IMG/VR virus record: IMGVR_UViG_3300038443_002312
Coordinates: 51,674 to 115,673 of that record
Direction: 5' to 3' (one strand)
Source of the DNA: a virus
Length of the DNA: 64,000 nt
Position 1 is the stretch's first letter, and every line of letters starts with the position of its first letter. Shown in pieces: positions 54,672-64,000 of the stretch. The notes under the pieces were generated by a model. The model searched no databases. It was not told where the DNA came from and saw only the letters and a program-made list of their open reading frames with translations. Position numbers and translations under genes: made by a program.

Positions 54672-56131
54672 GGGGTGGCCCCCGCGAGAATCAGCATCAC
54701 GACGGGGAACCTCTCTTCCCAGTATTGCCGCGGGACCGCGATCGGGTCGTCGAGCATGAGCCCGACGAGCACCGGGTCGATCACCCGGCGCTTGGACGGG
54801 TCGGCCGGGTCGGGGTTGGCGTAGGCCCGGAGGCGGTGCCTGAACTCCCCCGGGGTGACCCCGCACTCGGCCGCCGCCACGGCCGGGGTGACCGGGTCGA
54901 GGTACCGCTGCCACACCCGCCGCCACGCCTGAGCCAGGGCCGCCGGCTTGAGCCCGCTGGCGTCATGGGCGGCCTCGGCGTGGTCCTTCTCGGCCCGGTC
55001 GAACTCGCGCTGAAGGGGAGCCAGGTACCCGCTGCGGATCTGGCGGGCCCGCTCCGGGTCGATCGCGTCCGGGGTGGCCAGGCTCGCCCCGGTGTTCGCC
55101 GCGTAGATCCGCCGGGCGTAGGCGGTGAACACCTTCAGCCCCGACCGGTCGTGGCACCCCCAGCACGAGTACCCGGCGTGAACGCGGTGGTCGGTGTTCG
55201 TCGCCCCGGTGTCGGTCGCGATGTCGTCCGGGGCACTGTCGACCAGGGCCCCCTGGCCGTTCGCGAGGACCCCGCACGGCTGGCCGTTCGGCAGCGGGAA
55301 GATCACCATCTGCGCGTCGAACTTGAAGTCGTCGAGCAGTTGCACGGTGACGTTCCGCTGCCCCTTCTTCGTCTTCGCGTCGCGCGTCTCGAACCAGGTG
55401 CCCTTGATCGTGCGGAGGAAGATGACGAGGCGGTCGACGTCCGGGTTCGCCACAGCGGATGCCGGGACCATCTCCAGCCGTTCGAGCCGTAGCTCACGAC
55501 TGCCCCTCCGGTCGAGCCGGGCGAAGTCCTCCACCGTCTTGAGCTTCTTGTCGCCGAACCCGAGGAAGTCGTAATACCCGTGCCCGTCCCGCCCCGCCTG
55601 GACGCCCGTCTGGAACAGGAACTCGTCGGCCCGGACGACCGGGGTCCGGCTCCCGGTCGCCTGGGTCAGTACGGCGAACGCGGCCGCGTCGGCCCCGAAC
55701 ATGGGGGAGAACGATTCCTCCCCGGCCACCTTCACGGGCACGAGGTGGTAGTGGTTGACCGGGGCCAGGGCCCCGAACACGCCGCGCTCCCACCGGTAGT
55801 CGTCGAGGTTGACGGCCCACAGCCACGGGGTGACCGGGCGGGGGCGGGCGATCTCGGCCTCCCGGGACAGCTTGTTGACGTGGTCGCTCGTGACGGCGTA
55901 CAGGTCGGCCAGGGCTTCGGGGTCGCCGGCCAGGTGCCGGGCGTCGAGGTACCGCGTCTGGCGGGCGACGTCGGGCGGCAGGCGGGAAATGTCGGCGGCC
56001 GCCGCCAGGGCCGTGGCCGCGAACGCGGGGGGACCGGCCGGCCGCGGGGCCGGGGCCGGCTCGACGGCCGGGACCAGCCCCGCGGCGGCCGCGAGGGCGA
56101 TCAGGATGACCAGGGTGCGGCTCACGACCAC
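54668..56131 (-). CDS. Secreted planctomycete-type protein with CxxCH
   Basis: Signal peptide, SCWGCH. Confidence 0.65.
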   Translation of the reverse strand: MVVSRTLVILIALAAAAGLVPAVEPAPAPRPAGPPAFAATALAAAADISRLPPDVARQTRYLDARHLAGDPEALADLYAVTSDHVNKLSREAEIARPRPVTPWLWAVNLDDYRWERGVFGALAPVNHYHLVPVKVAGEESFSPMFGADAAAFAVLTQATGSRTPVVRADEFLFQTGVQAGRDGHGYYDFLGFGDKKLKTVEDFARLDRRGSRELRLERLEMVPASAVANPDVDRLVIFLRTIKGTWFETRDAKTKKGQRNVTVQLLDDFKFDAQMVIFPLPNGQPCGVLANGQGALVDSAPDDIATDTGATNTDHRVHAGYSCWGCHDRSGLKVFTAYARRIYAANTGASLATPDAIDPERARQIRSGYLAPLQREFDRAEKDHAEAAHDASGLKPAALAQAWRRVWQRYLDPVTPAVAAAECGVTPGEFRHRLRAYANPDPADPSKRRVIDPVLVGLMLDDPIAVPRQYWEERFPVVMLILAGATP

Positions 56132-56159
56132 TCCGGAACACCGGCAACGGGTTGGCAGG

Positions 56160-57683
56160 TCACGCCGCCTGCGGGGCGGCGACCGGGGCCCTCTGGCCGT
56201 CGACCGCGGCCTCGATCCCGGCCAGGATCTCGGCCACGACCACCGCCGCGTGCTCGGCGTCGGCGATGACCTGGCGGATCTGGTCCAGGGTCGGGATCGC
56301 CAGCCGGGCGGACGCGGCCCCGGCCCCGGTCAGCAGTCCGGCCAGGGTGGCCAGGACGATCTGCTGGATCGTCTGGGTGTTGCCCGGGGCCAGGTACTTG
56401 AGCAGGACCTGGAGGGCCAGGCCGATCAACTGCCCGCTGCCGACCTGGACGCCCATCCCGGCCAGGACGGCCTTGAGGGTGTCGAGCAGCCAGACGAACA
56501 GCCGGCCGCCGCCCGCCGACGGGGGCGGGGAGGGGACGACCGGCGGGGCGACGGGCGGGGGGACGGGGGGATTGGGGCTCACGGGGGGGCTCACGGGAGG
56601 CGGGGGCGGGGAAACCGGCGGGCCGACCGCCCCGCCGAACAGGGCCGCCCACCGGCCCCCGTTCGGCACGCCGAGACCGGTGCAGGCGTCCGGGCCGACC
56701 CGGGCCTGGTAGTCCACGTTGTTCCCGGCGACGACGTCGGTCCAGGCGGCCCGGTTGGCCGGGGCCCAGGCGCTCGTCAGGAACCCGTCGGCCGCCGGGC
56801 CCTCGGCCGCGAGCAGCCCGGCGTACAGCGGGGCCACGGCGGACGTCCCGCCGACCACCTGCTGCACCCCGTTGACGTAGATCAGGTACCCGGTGCTGGG
56901 GTCGGCGTTCGCGGCCACGTCCGGGACCATCCGCCCGAGGCCCGCCTTCGGGGGCGCGGGGATCTGCCCCTGCTGGCGCGCCGGCACCGGGAAGATCGCC
57001 GAGAACCCGCCGCCGGTCCCCTCGCCGCCGCCGCTGTTCCAGACGATCTCGGAGTTGGCCGCCTTCGTCGTCCCCCCGCACGCGAGGACGTTCGGGTCCG
57101 AGGCCGGGTAGTCCGTGTTGTCCCCGGGGCCGCCGTCGCCCGAGTTGTTGTCCCCGGCGGCGGCCGGGTAGGTGCACCCGGCGGCCGCCCCGGCGGCGAA
57201 CTCGGCGGAAAACGCGGCCAGGGTCGCCCCCGGCCACGCCCCCTCGTACTGCCCCCACGAGCAGGAGATCCGCTTGCACCCGTCGGCCCGGGCCCGCCGG
57301 AACGCGGCCAAGAAGCCGGCGTCCGAGTTCCGGGCGCAGTACACCCGGATCTGGGCCGGGCGGTTGGTCCGGTAGGCGTACGAGCCGGCGGCCATCTGCA
57401 CGTCCAGGGCGTTCTCGCCGTCCGCCCCGGGGTCGGGGGCCGGGACGGCCCCGTCGACCGGGACCAGGACGACGACCGGGGCCGGCAGGCCGTCCCGGGC
57501 GGCCGCCAGCCTGGCGTCCTGCGGGTAGACCGTCCCGCCGAGCGAGATGATCGCGACCGGGGCGGTGTCGCCCGGGGCGGCCCCCTGGGCGAGGCCGTAG
57601 GCCGAACAGATCGAGGCCGGGGTGAAGGTCCGGGACACGGCCCGGGACGGGAAGTGGATGCGCGGCGCGAACCGGACGGGCAT
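56160..57683 (-). CDS. Peptidase S53 (sedolisin/kumamolisin) with Pro linker and hydrophobic C-terminus
   Basis: ENALD, SCSWG, AAAGDN, PDVAANADP, GGTSAVAP. Confidence 0.92.
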   Translation of the reverse strand: MPVRFAPRIHFPSRAVSRTFTPASICSAYGLAQGAAPGDTAPVAIISLGGTVYPQDARLAAARDGLPAPVVVLVPVDGAVPAPDPGADGENALDVQMAAGSYAYRTNRPAQIRVYCARNSDAGFLAAFRRARADGCKRISCSWGQYEGAWPGATLAAFSAEFAAGAAAGCTYPAAAGDNNSGDGGPGDNTDYPASDPNVLACGGTTKAANSEIVWNSGGGEGTGGGFSAIFPVPARQQGQIPAPPKAGLGRMVPDVAANADPSTGYLIYVNGVQQVVGGTSAVAPLYAGLLAAEGPAADGFLTSAWAPANRAAWTDVVAGNNVDYQARVGPDACTGLGVPNGGRWAALFGGAVGPPVSPPPPPVSPPVSPNPPVPPPVAPPVVPSPPPSAGGGRLFVWLLDTLKAVLAGMGVQVGSGQLIGLALQVLLKYLAPGNTQTIQQIVLATLAGLLTGAGAASARLAIPTLDQIRQVIADAEHAAVVVAEILAGIEAAVDGQRAPVAAPQAA

Positions 57684-57823
57684 GGCCTCGTCTCCCGGAC
57701 AGACGGGGTGGCGGGCCGCCAAACGGTTGGCGGGCCGCGGGGTGGTCGCGGCCGGACGGCGGGGCCCGGAACTCCCCGCCCGTCTCGTGTCCGGTCCGAC
57801 CGGGTGATCTCGATTGGTTAATC

Positions 57824-57851
57824 AGTGTACCGCCGCCGGGGCCCGTGTCAA
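57824..57851 (-). promoter_or_regulatory. Promoter TTGACA-16-TACACT
   Basis: Upstream of the S53 operon. Confidence 0.6.
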
Positions 57852-57926
57852 ACCCAGTCGACCGGGGTTGCGGGCGGGGCCGGCGGGCGGGAAGGTGGGG
57901 GTACGACCGTCCGAGGGGGTTCCGCC

Positions 57927-58337
57927 ATGCGCCGTTTCGCTCACCTGGCCGTCTGCCTGACCCTGGCGTGCGGGCCGGGCGGGCCGCCGGCCGGGCCGCC
58001 GGTCTACCTGCCCCGCCTCCAGGCCGTGGTCGCCGCGTACCGGGACCGCCGGCCCGAGGCCGACGCCGCCTGGACCGGCCGCCGGGTCCGGGCCGCCCTG
58101 CCGGCGGACGCGTACGGGGCCGGGGCCGGGGCGGTCACCTGGGCCCTCGGCCCGCCCGGGACGCCCCCGGCCGTCGTCTTCCGCCTGGCCCCGGGGGCCG
58201 GGGTCCCGCCCGGGCGGCCGGCCGTGGCCGTGGTCGGGGTGTGCCGCGGGGCCCGGGACGACGGGCTGGCCCGGGGTCACGGGGTCGGGTTCGTGGTCGA
58301 GGTGGTCGACTGCGAGGTCGCCCCGGCCTCGCCCTGA
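57927..58337 (+). CDS. Putative exported protein/lipoprotein
   Basis: MRRFAHLAVCLTLAC leader. Confidence 0.45.
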   Translation: MRRFAHLAVCLTLACGPGGPPAGPPVYLPRLQAVVAAYRDRRPEADAAWTGRRVRAALPADAYGAGAGAVTWALGPPGTPPAVVFRLAPGAGVPPGRPAVAVVGVCRGARDDGLARGHGVGFVVEVVDCEVAPASP

Positions 58338-58963
58338 TCGTCCTTGGCCCGGGGCATGGGGGCGAGCCCGGCCGGGTCGCCGGCCGGGCGGGCGTCGACC
58401 CGCCGGGTCAGGGTCTGGATGGCCTGGCGCAACTGGCGCATCTCGGCCTGGAACTCGGCCATCTGCCGGGCCCGGGCGTCCTGGTCGGCGGCCGCCTGCC
58501 GGCTCTGGGCCTGGAACGCGTCGAGCACCCGGTCCAAAATCAGCCTCGTCTTCTCCTCCGACGTCTCCCGGTCCTTCCACATCCGGTTGATCGCCTCCAG
58601 GGTCCGCTCGTTCGTGTCCGAGGCGACCCGGAGGGAGTCGCCCTGGCGGGCGTCCTCGCGGTGGCTCATGTCCCGCATGGTCAGGCCGACGATCAGGATG
58701 AGGAGGACCAGGATGGCGTTGACCATCCCCTGCCCGGTCATGGTGTTCATCCGCCCGAGCACCCGGTCGGCCGCGGTCCCGCTCTCGCGGACGAGGGACG
58801 CCGTCGCCCCCTGGGGGGCGTCGGGCGGGACGGCCGGGACCGGGAAGGTCACGCTCGGGGTCGACCCCGGGCCGACCGGGGCGGGGACCGGGACGTGGGT
58901 CCCGGTCGGGTCCGGGACGGGGTCCGGGGCGGCGGCGGCCGGCGGGAGCGGGTCGGTCGGCAT
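58277..58963 (-). CDS. Single-TM coiled-coil protein (possible lysis accessory)
   Basis: TM AILVLLILIVGL followed by a coiled coil. Confidence 0.6.
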   Translation of the reverse strand: MPTDPLPPAAAAPDPVPDPTGTHVPVPAPVGPGSTPSVTFPVPAVPPDAPQGATASLVRESGTAADRVLGRMNTMTGQGMVNAILVLLILIVGLTMRDMSHREDARQGDSLRVASDTNERTLEAINRMWKDRETSEEKTRLILDRVLDAFQAQSRQAAADQDARARQMAEFQAEMRQLRQAIQTLTRRVDARPAGDPAGLAPMPRAKDDQGEAGATSQSTTSTTNPTP

Positions 58964-59067
58964 GGCGGCGGTCCCGGTCTCGCGCCCGGAACCGCGCGGA
59001 GGAAGGGTGAGGGGTCGTTCGGGATGGGGTCATAGTGTACCCGCCGAACGGTCGGCCGGGAAGCCGA

Positions 59068-59364
59068 CTACCCGCCCGGGCAACCCGAACAGGGCGGTCG
59101 GGGCCCGGGCGGGCCCGGCGGGCGGCCGGCGTCATCGACCTCGGCCGCCCAGAGGCCCCTTGGGCAGGACTGCTCGCTCCACTCCGTCTTGAGCGCGAGG
59201 ACGCACCGGCAGTCGGCACACCACCCGGCCCGGTACTGGCCGCACGTGTTGGCCCGGCAGGTGGCCAGGCGGGCGGCCCGGACCTCGGCCGACACGGTCG
59301 GCGACCCGAGCTGGACGTGCCGGGTGAGGGCGGCGAAGAAGTCCCAGACGGCTTTAAGGGTCAA
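59068..59364 (-). CDS. Small Cys-rich protein
   Basis: C..C....C..CRC....K....QSCP.G.W. Confidence 0.6.
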   Translation of the reverse strand: MTLKAVWDFFAALTRHVQLGSPTVSAEVRAARLATCRANTCGQYRAGWCADCRCVLALKTEWSEQSCPRGLWAAEVDDAGRPPGPPGPRPPCSGCPGG

Positions 59365-60493
59365 AGTCGACCTCCACCCGGATGCAGTCGGAGACCCAGG
59401 TGGACGTCCCGTCCGGGTTGGGGATCAGGGTCGGCGGGTACGGGGACCCGTAGAAGAACCCGCCGCCGCCGAGCAGGTCGGCGGTGAACGCCATCGTCTT
59501 GCCGGACGGGTCGGTCTGGTACTGGGTTTGGGGGTACGTGCTGTTGTAGACGAGCGGGTCCTGGCCGGTCAGGTACGTGCCGAACCCGGCGTAGTGGTTG
59601 TCGACCCCGCTCGTGGTCGGGGCGAACCCGCAGTCCGAGCAGATGTCGACCCGGATCGAACTGTTCGGCCCGTCGATCGTCCCGGCCGCGCGGACGCCCA
59701 CGAACCACCCGTCGTACAGGGTGCCCGACCCCGTGATCTGGAAGACCGCGTCGTACGGGAACCCGTACGGGACGGGCGGGGTGCCCGACTGCCCGTTGGT
59801 CGCGATCTCCCCGCGGTAGGCGAACTCGGCCGGGACGAAGAGGGACCCCGGGCTGATCCCGAACGCGACCCCGCTGGGGTCGCACTTGGCCGGGGCCGGG
59901 AAGAACCCGCTCTGGGTGTGGAGCGGGACGCGGCCGGTGAAGATCAGCGGGCCCGGGGTGACGGTCCCGTAGAACCCGCCGAACCCGGCGTACTGGTACC
60001 GGTACAGGCGGAAGGTCACGCCCGACACCGCTCCGGCGACCGCCGGGTTGTTCCAGATGGCCGACTGCATGTAGAAGCCGACCCCCGGGTCCCCGCCGTT
60101 GACGAAGAACCCGGTCAGGTCCCCCCGGTCGTCCACGATCTGGGACAGCCCGACCGCCCGCCCGGCGAACCCCGGGTTGTAGTTCGGGGTGGTGACGACC
60201 ATGTACGGGGAGCAGTTCCGCACGTCGAGGAAGACCTGGTACTGGACCGGCCCGACCCGCTTGTCCGGGTAGCACGTCGTCCCGTCCGGGACGACGTCGA
60301 CCAGGGCGAAGTACCACGGGACCCCGTTGCGCAGCGGGTTCGGGTCGCCCGGGCCGTTCAGGTCCTTGACCAGGACGACGGGCCCGATCGACCCGTCGAT
60401 CGTGCTCTGGCCGTACAGGACGTCCGGCGACGAGATGAGCAGGGGGACGAAACAGCACGTCTTGCAGCACGGGCTGCACGGGTTGAGCATCAT
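59354..60493 (-). CDS. Putative tail/structural protein
   Basis: MMLNPCSPCC start; Gly/Tyr/Phe-rich beta composition; position downstream of the tape-measure-like gene. Confidence 0.5.
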   Translation of the reverse strand: MMLNPCSPCCKTCCFVPLLISSPDVLYGQSTIDGSIGPVVLVKDLNGPGDPNPLRNGVPWYFALVDVVPDGTTCYPDKRVGPVQYQVFLDVRNCSPYMVVTTPNYNPGFAGRAVGLSQIVDDRGDLTGFFVNGGDPGVGFYMQSAIWNNPAVAGAVSGVTFRLYRYQYAGFGGFYGTVTPGPLIFTGRVPLHTQSGFFPAPAKCDPSGVAFGISPGSLFVPAEFAYRGEIATNGQSGTPPVPYGFPYDAVFQITGSGTLYDGWFVGVRAAGTIDGPNSSIRVDICSDCGFAPTTSGVDNHYAGFGTYLTGQDPLVYNSTYPQTQYQTDPSGKTMAFTADLLGGGGFFYGSPYPPTLIPNPDGTSTWVSDCIRVEVDFDP

Positions 60494-61314
60494 GTGAGTG
60501 GGCAGTCGAGGGCCACGAACTCGTACCGCGAGCGGTTGGCCATCCACCCGATCGCGCAGTACGTCCCGGCGGGCATCGTCTGGTGCCAGCGGTTGTCGGT
60601 TTCAACCCGGACGGTCCCGAACGCCCCGGTCACGTCCACGAACCCGGTCGCCCCCGGGTTGACGGCCGACACGACGGTCCCGGTCAAATTCCACTGCCCG
60701 CCCTCGAACAGGAGGGCGGCCCCGTCGGCCGTCGGGAAGACCCGGGCCTTGGTCCACGGCCCGATCCACCGGTTGGAGTTCACCTCCCGGGCCGGGTGCT
60801 GGCTGGTCGTCCCGACGTACGGGTACCCGGTCAGTTTCGAGTCCGGCAGGAGCGGGCTCGACTCGTCCAGCCGGACCCACGGGTAGTCGGCCGTCCCGGA
60901 GGCCGGCAGGCCGGTGATCCGGACCAGGAACGACGGCCGGACGGCCGCCTGGGCCAGGTACAGCCCGCCCCCCAGGTCCTGGTCGACCCGGACCAGGTCC
61001 CCGGCCACGACCGGGCCGACCCCCGACGACACCAGGGCCTGGGCGACGAGCGGGTTCGGCGGCGGGGCCAGGTCGCCCATCAGGTCCCCGGCCCCGACCG
61101 GGGCCGACAGCCCGGGCGGGTTGACCGTCTGCTCGATGAACCAGACCAACTGGCCGTACTTGATCTGGACCGGGTCGGGGTACTGGTCCGCCCTCCCGAG
61201 GACGACCGCCCACGCCCCGGTCGCCGGCCGGGCCAGGACGCGGCGGGTCCCGGCCACGACCCGGCGGGCGAAGTCGGGCAGGTCGAACGGGCTGTTGTCG
61301 GACACGCCGGACAC
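60490..61314 (-). CDS. Putative tail protein
   Basis: 274 aa; operon position. Confidence 0.5.
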   Translation of the reverse strand: MSGVSDNSPFDLPDFARRVVAGTRRVLARPATGAWAVVLGRADQYPDPVQIKYGQLVWFIEQTVNPPGLSAPVGAGDLMGDLAPPPNPLVAQALVSSGVGPVVAGDLVRVDQDLGGGLYLAQAAVRPSFLVRITGLPASGTADYPWVRLDESSPLLPDSKLTGYPYVGTTSQHPAREVNSNRWIGPWTKARVFPTADGAALLFEGGQWNLTGTVVSAVNPGATGFVDVTGAFGTVRVETDNRWHQTMPAGTYCAIGWMANRSRYEFVALDCPLT

Positions 61315-61356
61315 CGCGGAACTCCTCCGGAGGCGGGGACCCTGCCAGCCCTTTGG

Positions 61357-62505
61357 CTACGGCGGGAGCGTCGTCGCCGGCATGAAGATCTGGGACTCGT
61401 CGGTATACGGGAAGAGGCCGTACTGGGCGATGGCGGTCGACGGCGGGACGACCAGCGGGCCGCCGTTCTGGCTGGCCGCCTGGGCCCGGGTGGCCGGGTA
61501 CCATAAATTATTGCCGCGGAACGGGACCAGGTTGTGGCCGCGGATGCCGTACCCGGGCTGGGCGGGGCTCGTCACCCCCGGGGGCGGGTTGAAGTACACG
61601 AACGGGACGTCGATGTCGCAGTAGTACGCCGGCCCGCCGACGAACTGGAGGGGGGCGACGTACTTCTTGATCTTCGGCGGCTCGAACAGGCACGTCCCGG
61701 GGTAGAAGTTGTCCAGGAACCAGCCCTGGTTGAGCTTGTTCATCGCCGTGTACAGGTTGGTCGGGATCATCGAGTAGAACGCGTAGTTGTACGGCACCCA
61801 CCGCCAGTGCAGGACGTACCGGATCTGGGAGACGATCGTCCCGAACGGGGCCCGGAAGGACGACGCCGTGGTCGTGTTCGTCCCGCCCTTCGGCCCGCCC
61901 GAAGACGTGTAGTCGTCCGCGTACCACATCTGGGCGGCCCCGCCCTCGGCCGCGAGGAACTGGCTCGTCGGGTCCTCCTCGACCCAGGTGTTCCGCAGGT
62001 ATTCGTACTGCGGGCCGGCGATCGCGCCGTCCTCCAGGAACCGCCACGGGTAGTTGGTGAACCCGAGGTTGAACCGGGCGATCTGGTAGGTCGCGCTGCC
62101 GAGGGCGGCCGAGATGCCCGGGGCGTACGGGTTGCGCTGGACGAACCCCTTGCCCCGGAACCGGACGCCCTTACAGGAGCACCGGGCGACCCGCAGCCAC
62201 GGGTAGTACGGGTGGGCGAGCGGGTTGACCCGCCGCAGGTTCATCCCGGGGTCGACGTAGCTGAACCCGACCGCGTACGCCATGAACAGGTACCGCTGGG
62301 CGAACGGCACGTCCACGACCAGGCTCGTCTCCTGCTCGGTGACGGAGAAGACGTCGTCCCACGGCGAGTAGTCGCCGACGCGCTCGTGCCAGTTGGCGAA
62401 CGCCTGCGTCTGGCTCCCGGGGATGACCAGGTTCGACAGGCCGTTGTCGCCCGGGCTGACGGCGAGCGTCCCGCCGCCGGACTGGTTGTCGATCGTCCCG
62501 CCCAT
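61357..62505 (-). CDS. Putative distal tail/baseplate protein
   Basis: Directly follows the tape-measure-like gene; aromatic beta-rich. Confidence 0.5.
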   Translation of the reverse strand: MGGTIDNQSGGGTLAVSPGDNGLSNLVIPGSQTQAFANWHERVGDYSPWDDVFSVTEQETSLVVDVPFAQRYLFMAYAVGFSYVDPGMNLRRVNPLAHPYYPWLRVARCSCKGVRFRGKGFVQRNPYAPGISAALGSATYQIARFNLGFTNYPWRFLEDGAIAGPQYEYLRNTWVEEDPTSQFLAAEGGAAQMWYADDYTSSGGPKGGTNTTTASSFRAPFGTIVSQIRYVLHWRWVPYNYAFYSMIPTNLYTAMNKLNQGWFLDNFYPGTCLFEPPKIKKYVAPLQFVGGPAYYCDIDVPFVYFNPPPGVTSPAQPGYGIRGHNLVPFRGNNLWYPATRAQAASQNGGPLVVPPSTAIAQYGLFPYTDESQIFMPATTLPP

Positions 62506-64000
62506 TACTTGCCCCCGGCCGCCAGGCCGCCCCCGATCGCCCCGCCCTCTTTCCGGTCGAAGTACCCGGCCGCCCCGGCCAGCCCGCCGAACGCCATCCC
62601 GGCCACCCCGGCCATGCCGCCGACCGCCATCCCCTTGAGCACCCCGCCGACCCGGTCCCGGACCTGCCGCTTGGACGGGATCGCGTCGACGATCTTCTTC
62701 ACGTCCCCGGCGATCCCGCCCAGGGTCGTGTTGATGGCCGAGACCGTGTCGGCGACCGTCGGCCCGGTCTGGTACGCGGCCGCGTACGTCGTCTTCGCCA
62801 GTTGGTCCGCCCCCATGAAGTGGGCCTCGGAGATCGCCGTCGCCCGGTGCCCGGTCGGCTTCTTGGCCTCGATCCCGAGGGCCCGCAGGGCCTCGGTGAT
62901 GGTGTTGACGATCCGGGTGATGACCTCGGCGAACTTCACCGCCAACTGGACGAGCAGGTTCATGAGCCCCATGACCGCGTCGTTCATGACCAGGGCCCCG
63001 GCCAGGGCGACGAGGGCCGCGGTCAGCTTGGCGACGGCGACGACGACCGGCATGAACGCCCGCATCAGGTCGACCACGAACCCCATGACCATCGACAGGG
63101 GCTCCATGAACGCCTCCAGGATCGACCCGAACGCCTCCATGAGTTGCCCGGCCTTGTCGAACATGACGGCGACGACCCCGCCGGCCGCCGCCAGCCCGGT
63201 CAGCCCGCCGAGGGCCATGCCAATCACTTGGCCGATCGCCGCCAGCCCGCCCGTGGCCGCGTCCAGGGCCAGGGCGAGCAGGTTGGCGGCGACGACCCCG
63301 CCCATGATCGCCCCGGCCATGATCCCGGCGGCCACCGCCATCGCCCCCATCAGGACCTTCGCCTTGTCGCTCATGCCCCCGAGGGCGTTCGCGAACACGT
63401 TGACGATCTGGGTGACGACCTGGAGGGCCGGGGCGAGCATCTGGCCGATGGTCGCCCCGAGGTCCTGGAGGGCCCGCATGAACTGGAAGGCGGTCCCCGG
63501 GTCGATCAGTTTGACGAGTTCGGCCAGCGCCGCGAACTGGCCGCCGATCCCGGCCAGGCCGACGACGAGTTCGCCCGCGAGCCGCGCCCCCTTGGCGAAC
63601 CCGTCGTTCAGGCTCGCGAGCACCCCGTTGAACTCGGCGAACGGGCCCTTCTTCTTGTCCTTCTTGTCCTTCGGGTCGGGGGCCGGGTCGGGGCCGGCGG
63701 GGCCGCCCGACCCGCCGCTCGGCTGGTTGACGACGGTGACCGGGAGCGGGCGGGGGGCGACGACGACGACCGGGGTGGGCATCGTCCCCGGGCGGCCGCC
63801 GCCCGGCTTGCCCGGCCCGGGGCCGGGCGGCGGGGGCGGGGGCGGCGGGGGCGGCGGCGGGGGTGGGGGCGGGGTGGGTTTGGGGTTGGGGGGCGGGGGC
63901 GGGGGGCTCGGGCCGGGCCCCGGGTTGGGGTTGGGCGGCGGCGGGGGCGGCGGCGGGGCCCCGGCGTCCGGCTCGACCCCGAAGTCGGCCGGGATCGGGA
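62505..64000 (-). CDS. Tape-measure-like protein (5' partial) with polyproline linker
   Basis: Ala/Gly/Met-rich amphipathic and hydrophobic helices; frame stays open through the poly-Pro tract to the window end. Confidence 0.6.
   Translation of the reverse strand, partial: PIPADFGVEPDAGAPPPPPPPPNPNPGPGPSPPPPPPNPKPTPPPPPPPPPPPPPPPPGPGPGKPGGGRPGTMPTPVVVVAPRPLPVTVVNQPSGGSGGPAGPDPAPDPKDKKDKKKGPFAEFNGVLASLNDGFAKGARLAGELVVGLAGIGGQFAALAELVKLIDPGTAFQFMRALQDLGATIGQMLAPALQVVTQIVNVFANALGGMSDKAKVLMGAMAVAAGIMAGAIMGGVVAANLLALALDAATGGLAAIGQVIGMALGGLTGLAAAGGVVAVMFDKAGQLMEAFGSILEAFMEPLSMVMGFVVDLMRAFMPVVVAVAKLTAALVALAGALVMNDAVMGLMNLLVQLAVKFAEVITRIVNTITEALRALGIEAKKPTGHRATAISEAHFMGADQLAKTTYAAAYQTGPTVADTVSAINTTLGGIAGDVKKIVDAIPSKRQVRDRVGGVLKGMAVGGMAGVAGMAFGGLAGAAGYFDRKEGGAIGGGLAAGGK

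Noticed and set aside
1-64000. Integrase, transposase, reverse transcriptase/DGR, rRNA, capsid or portal genes
   Set aside because: No diagnostic motifs found; prophage versus free phage cannot be decided from this window

Overview
This is a 64 kb stretch of a very GC-rich tailed phage or prophage genome. The host is probably a Planctomycete (Gemmataceae-like), judged from a LEPR-XLL/FG-GAP-type secreted protein and CxxCH proteins. The left arm (1-36.7 kb, minus strand) carries a sigma-70 factor, large terminase, Rad52/Sak annealase, a LexA-like DNA-binding protein, a TerS-like/ParB/PAPS-reductase cluster, TOPRIM primase, a SLOG protein, SF2 helicase, NUDIX, a second ParB, three DNA methyltransferases, a RusA-like resolvase and a Mom-like GNAT. 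The right end carries a secreted-protein module (S53 protease, CxxCH proteins) and putative tail/tape-measure genes. The most striking signal is a sharply bounded ~9.95 kb zone (36725-46672) that is almost free of GGG/CCC on both strands, although the flanks are saturated with G/C runs. My manual scan found only six triplets there, all in GGGCC/GGCCC context. The zone holds two near-identical divergent sigma-70 promoters, a structured leader with an anticodon-less tRNA mimic, and about 20 small cassette-like early genes sharing a start-associated motif. It looks like a first-expressed or first-injected module kept free of a sequence-specific DNA modification or restriction motif, with candidate writer enzymes elsewhere in the window. 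Two dispersed palindromes (GCCAA-N4-TTGGC and TTTAGNCTAAA) and a promoter/terminator-bounded ~75 nt sRNA suggest a regulatory network. All calls come from reading motifs by eye; no database searches were run.
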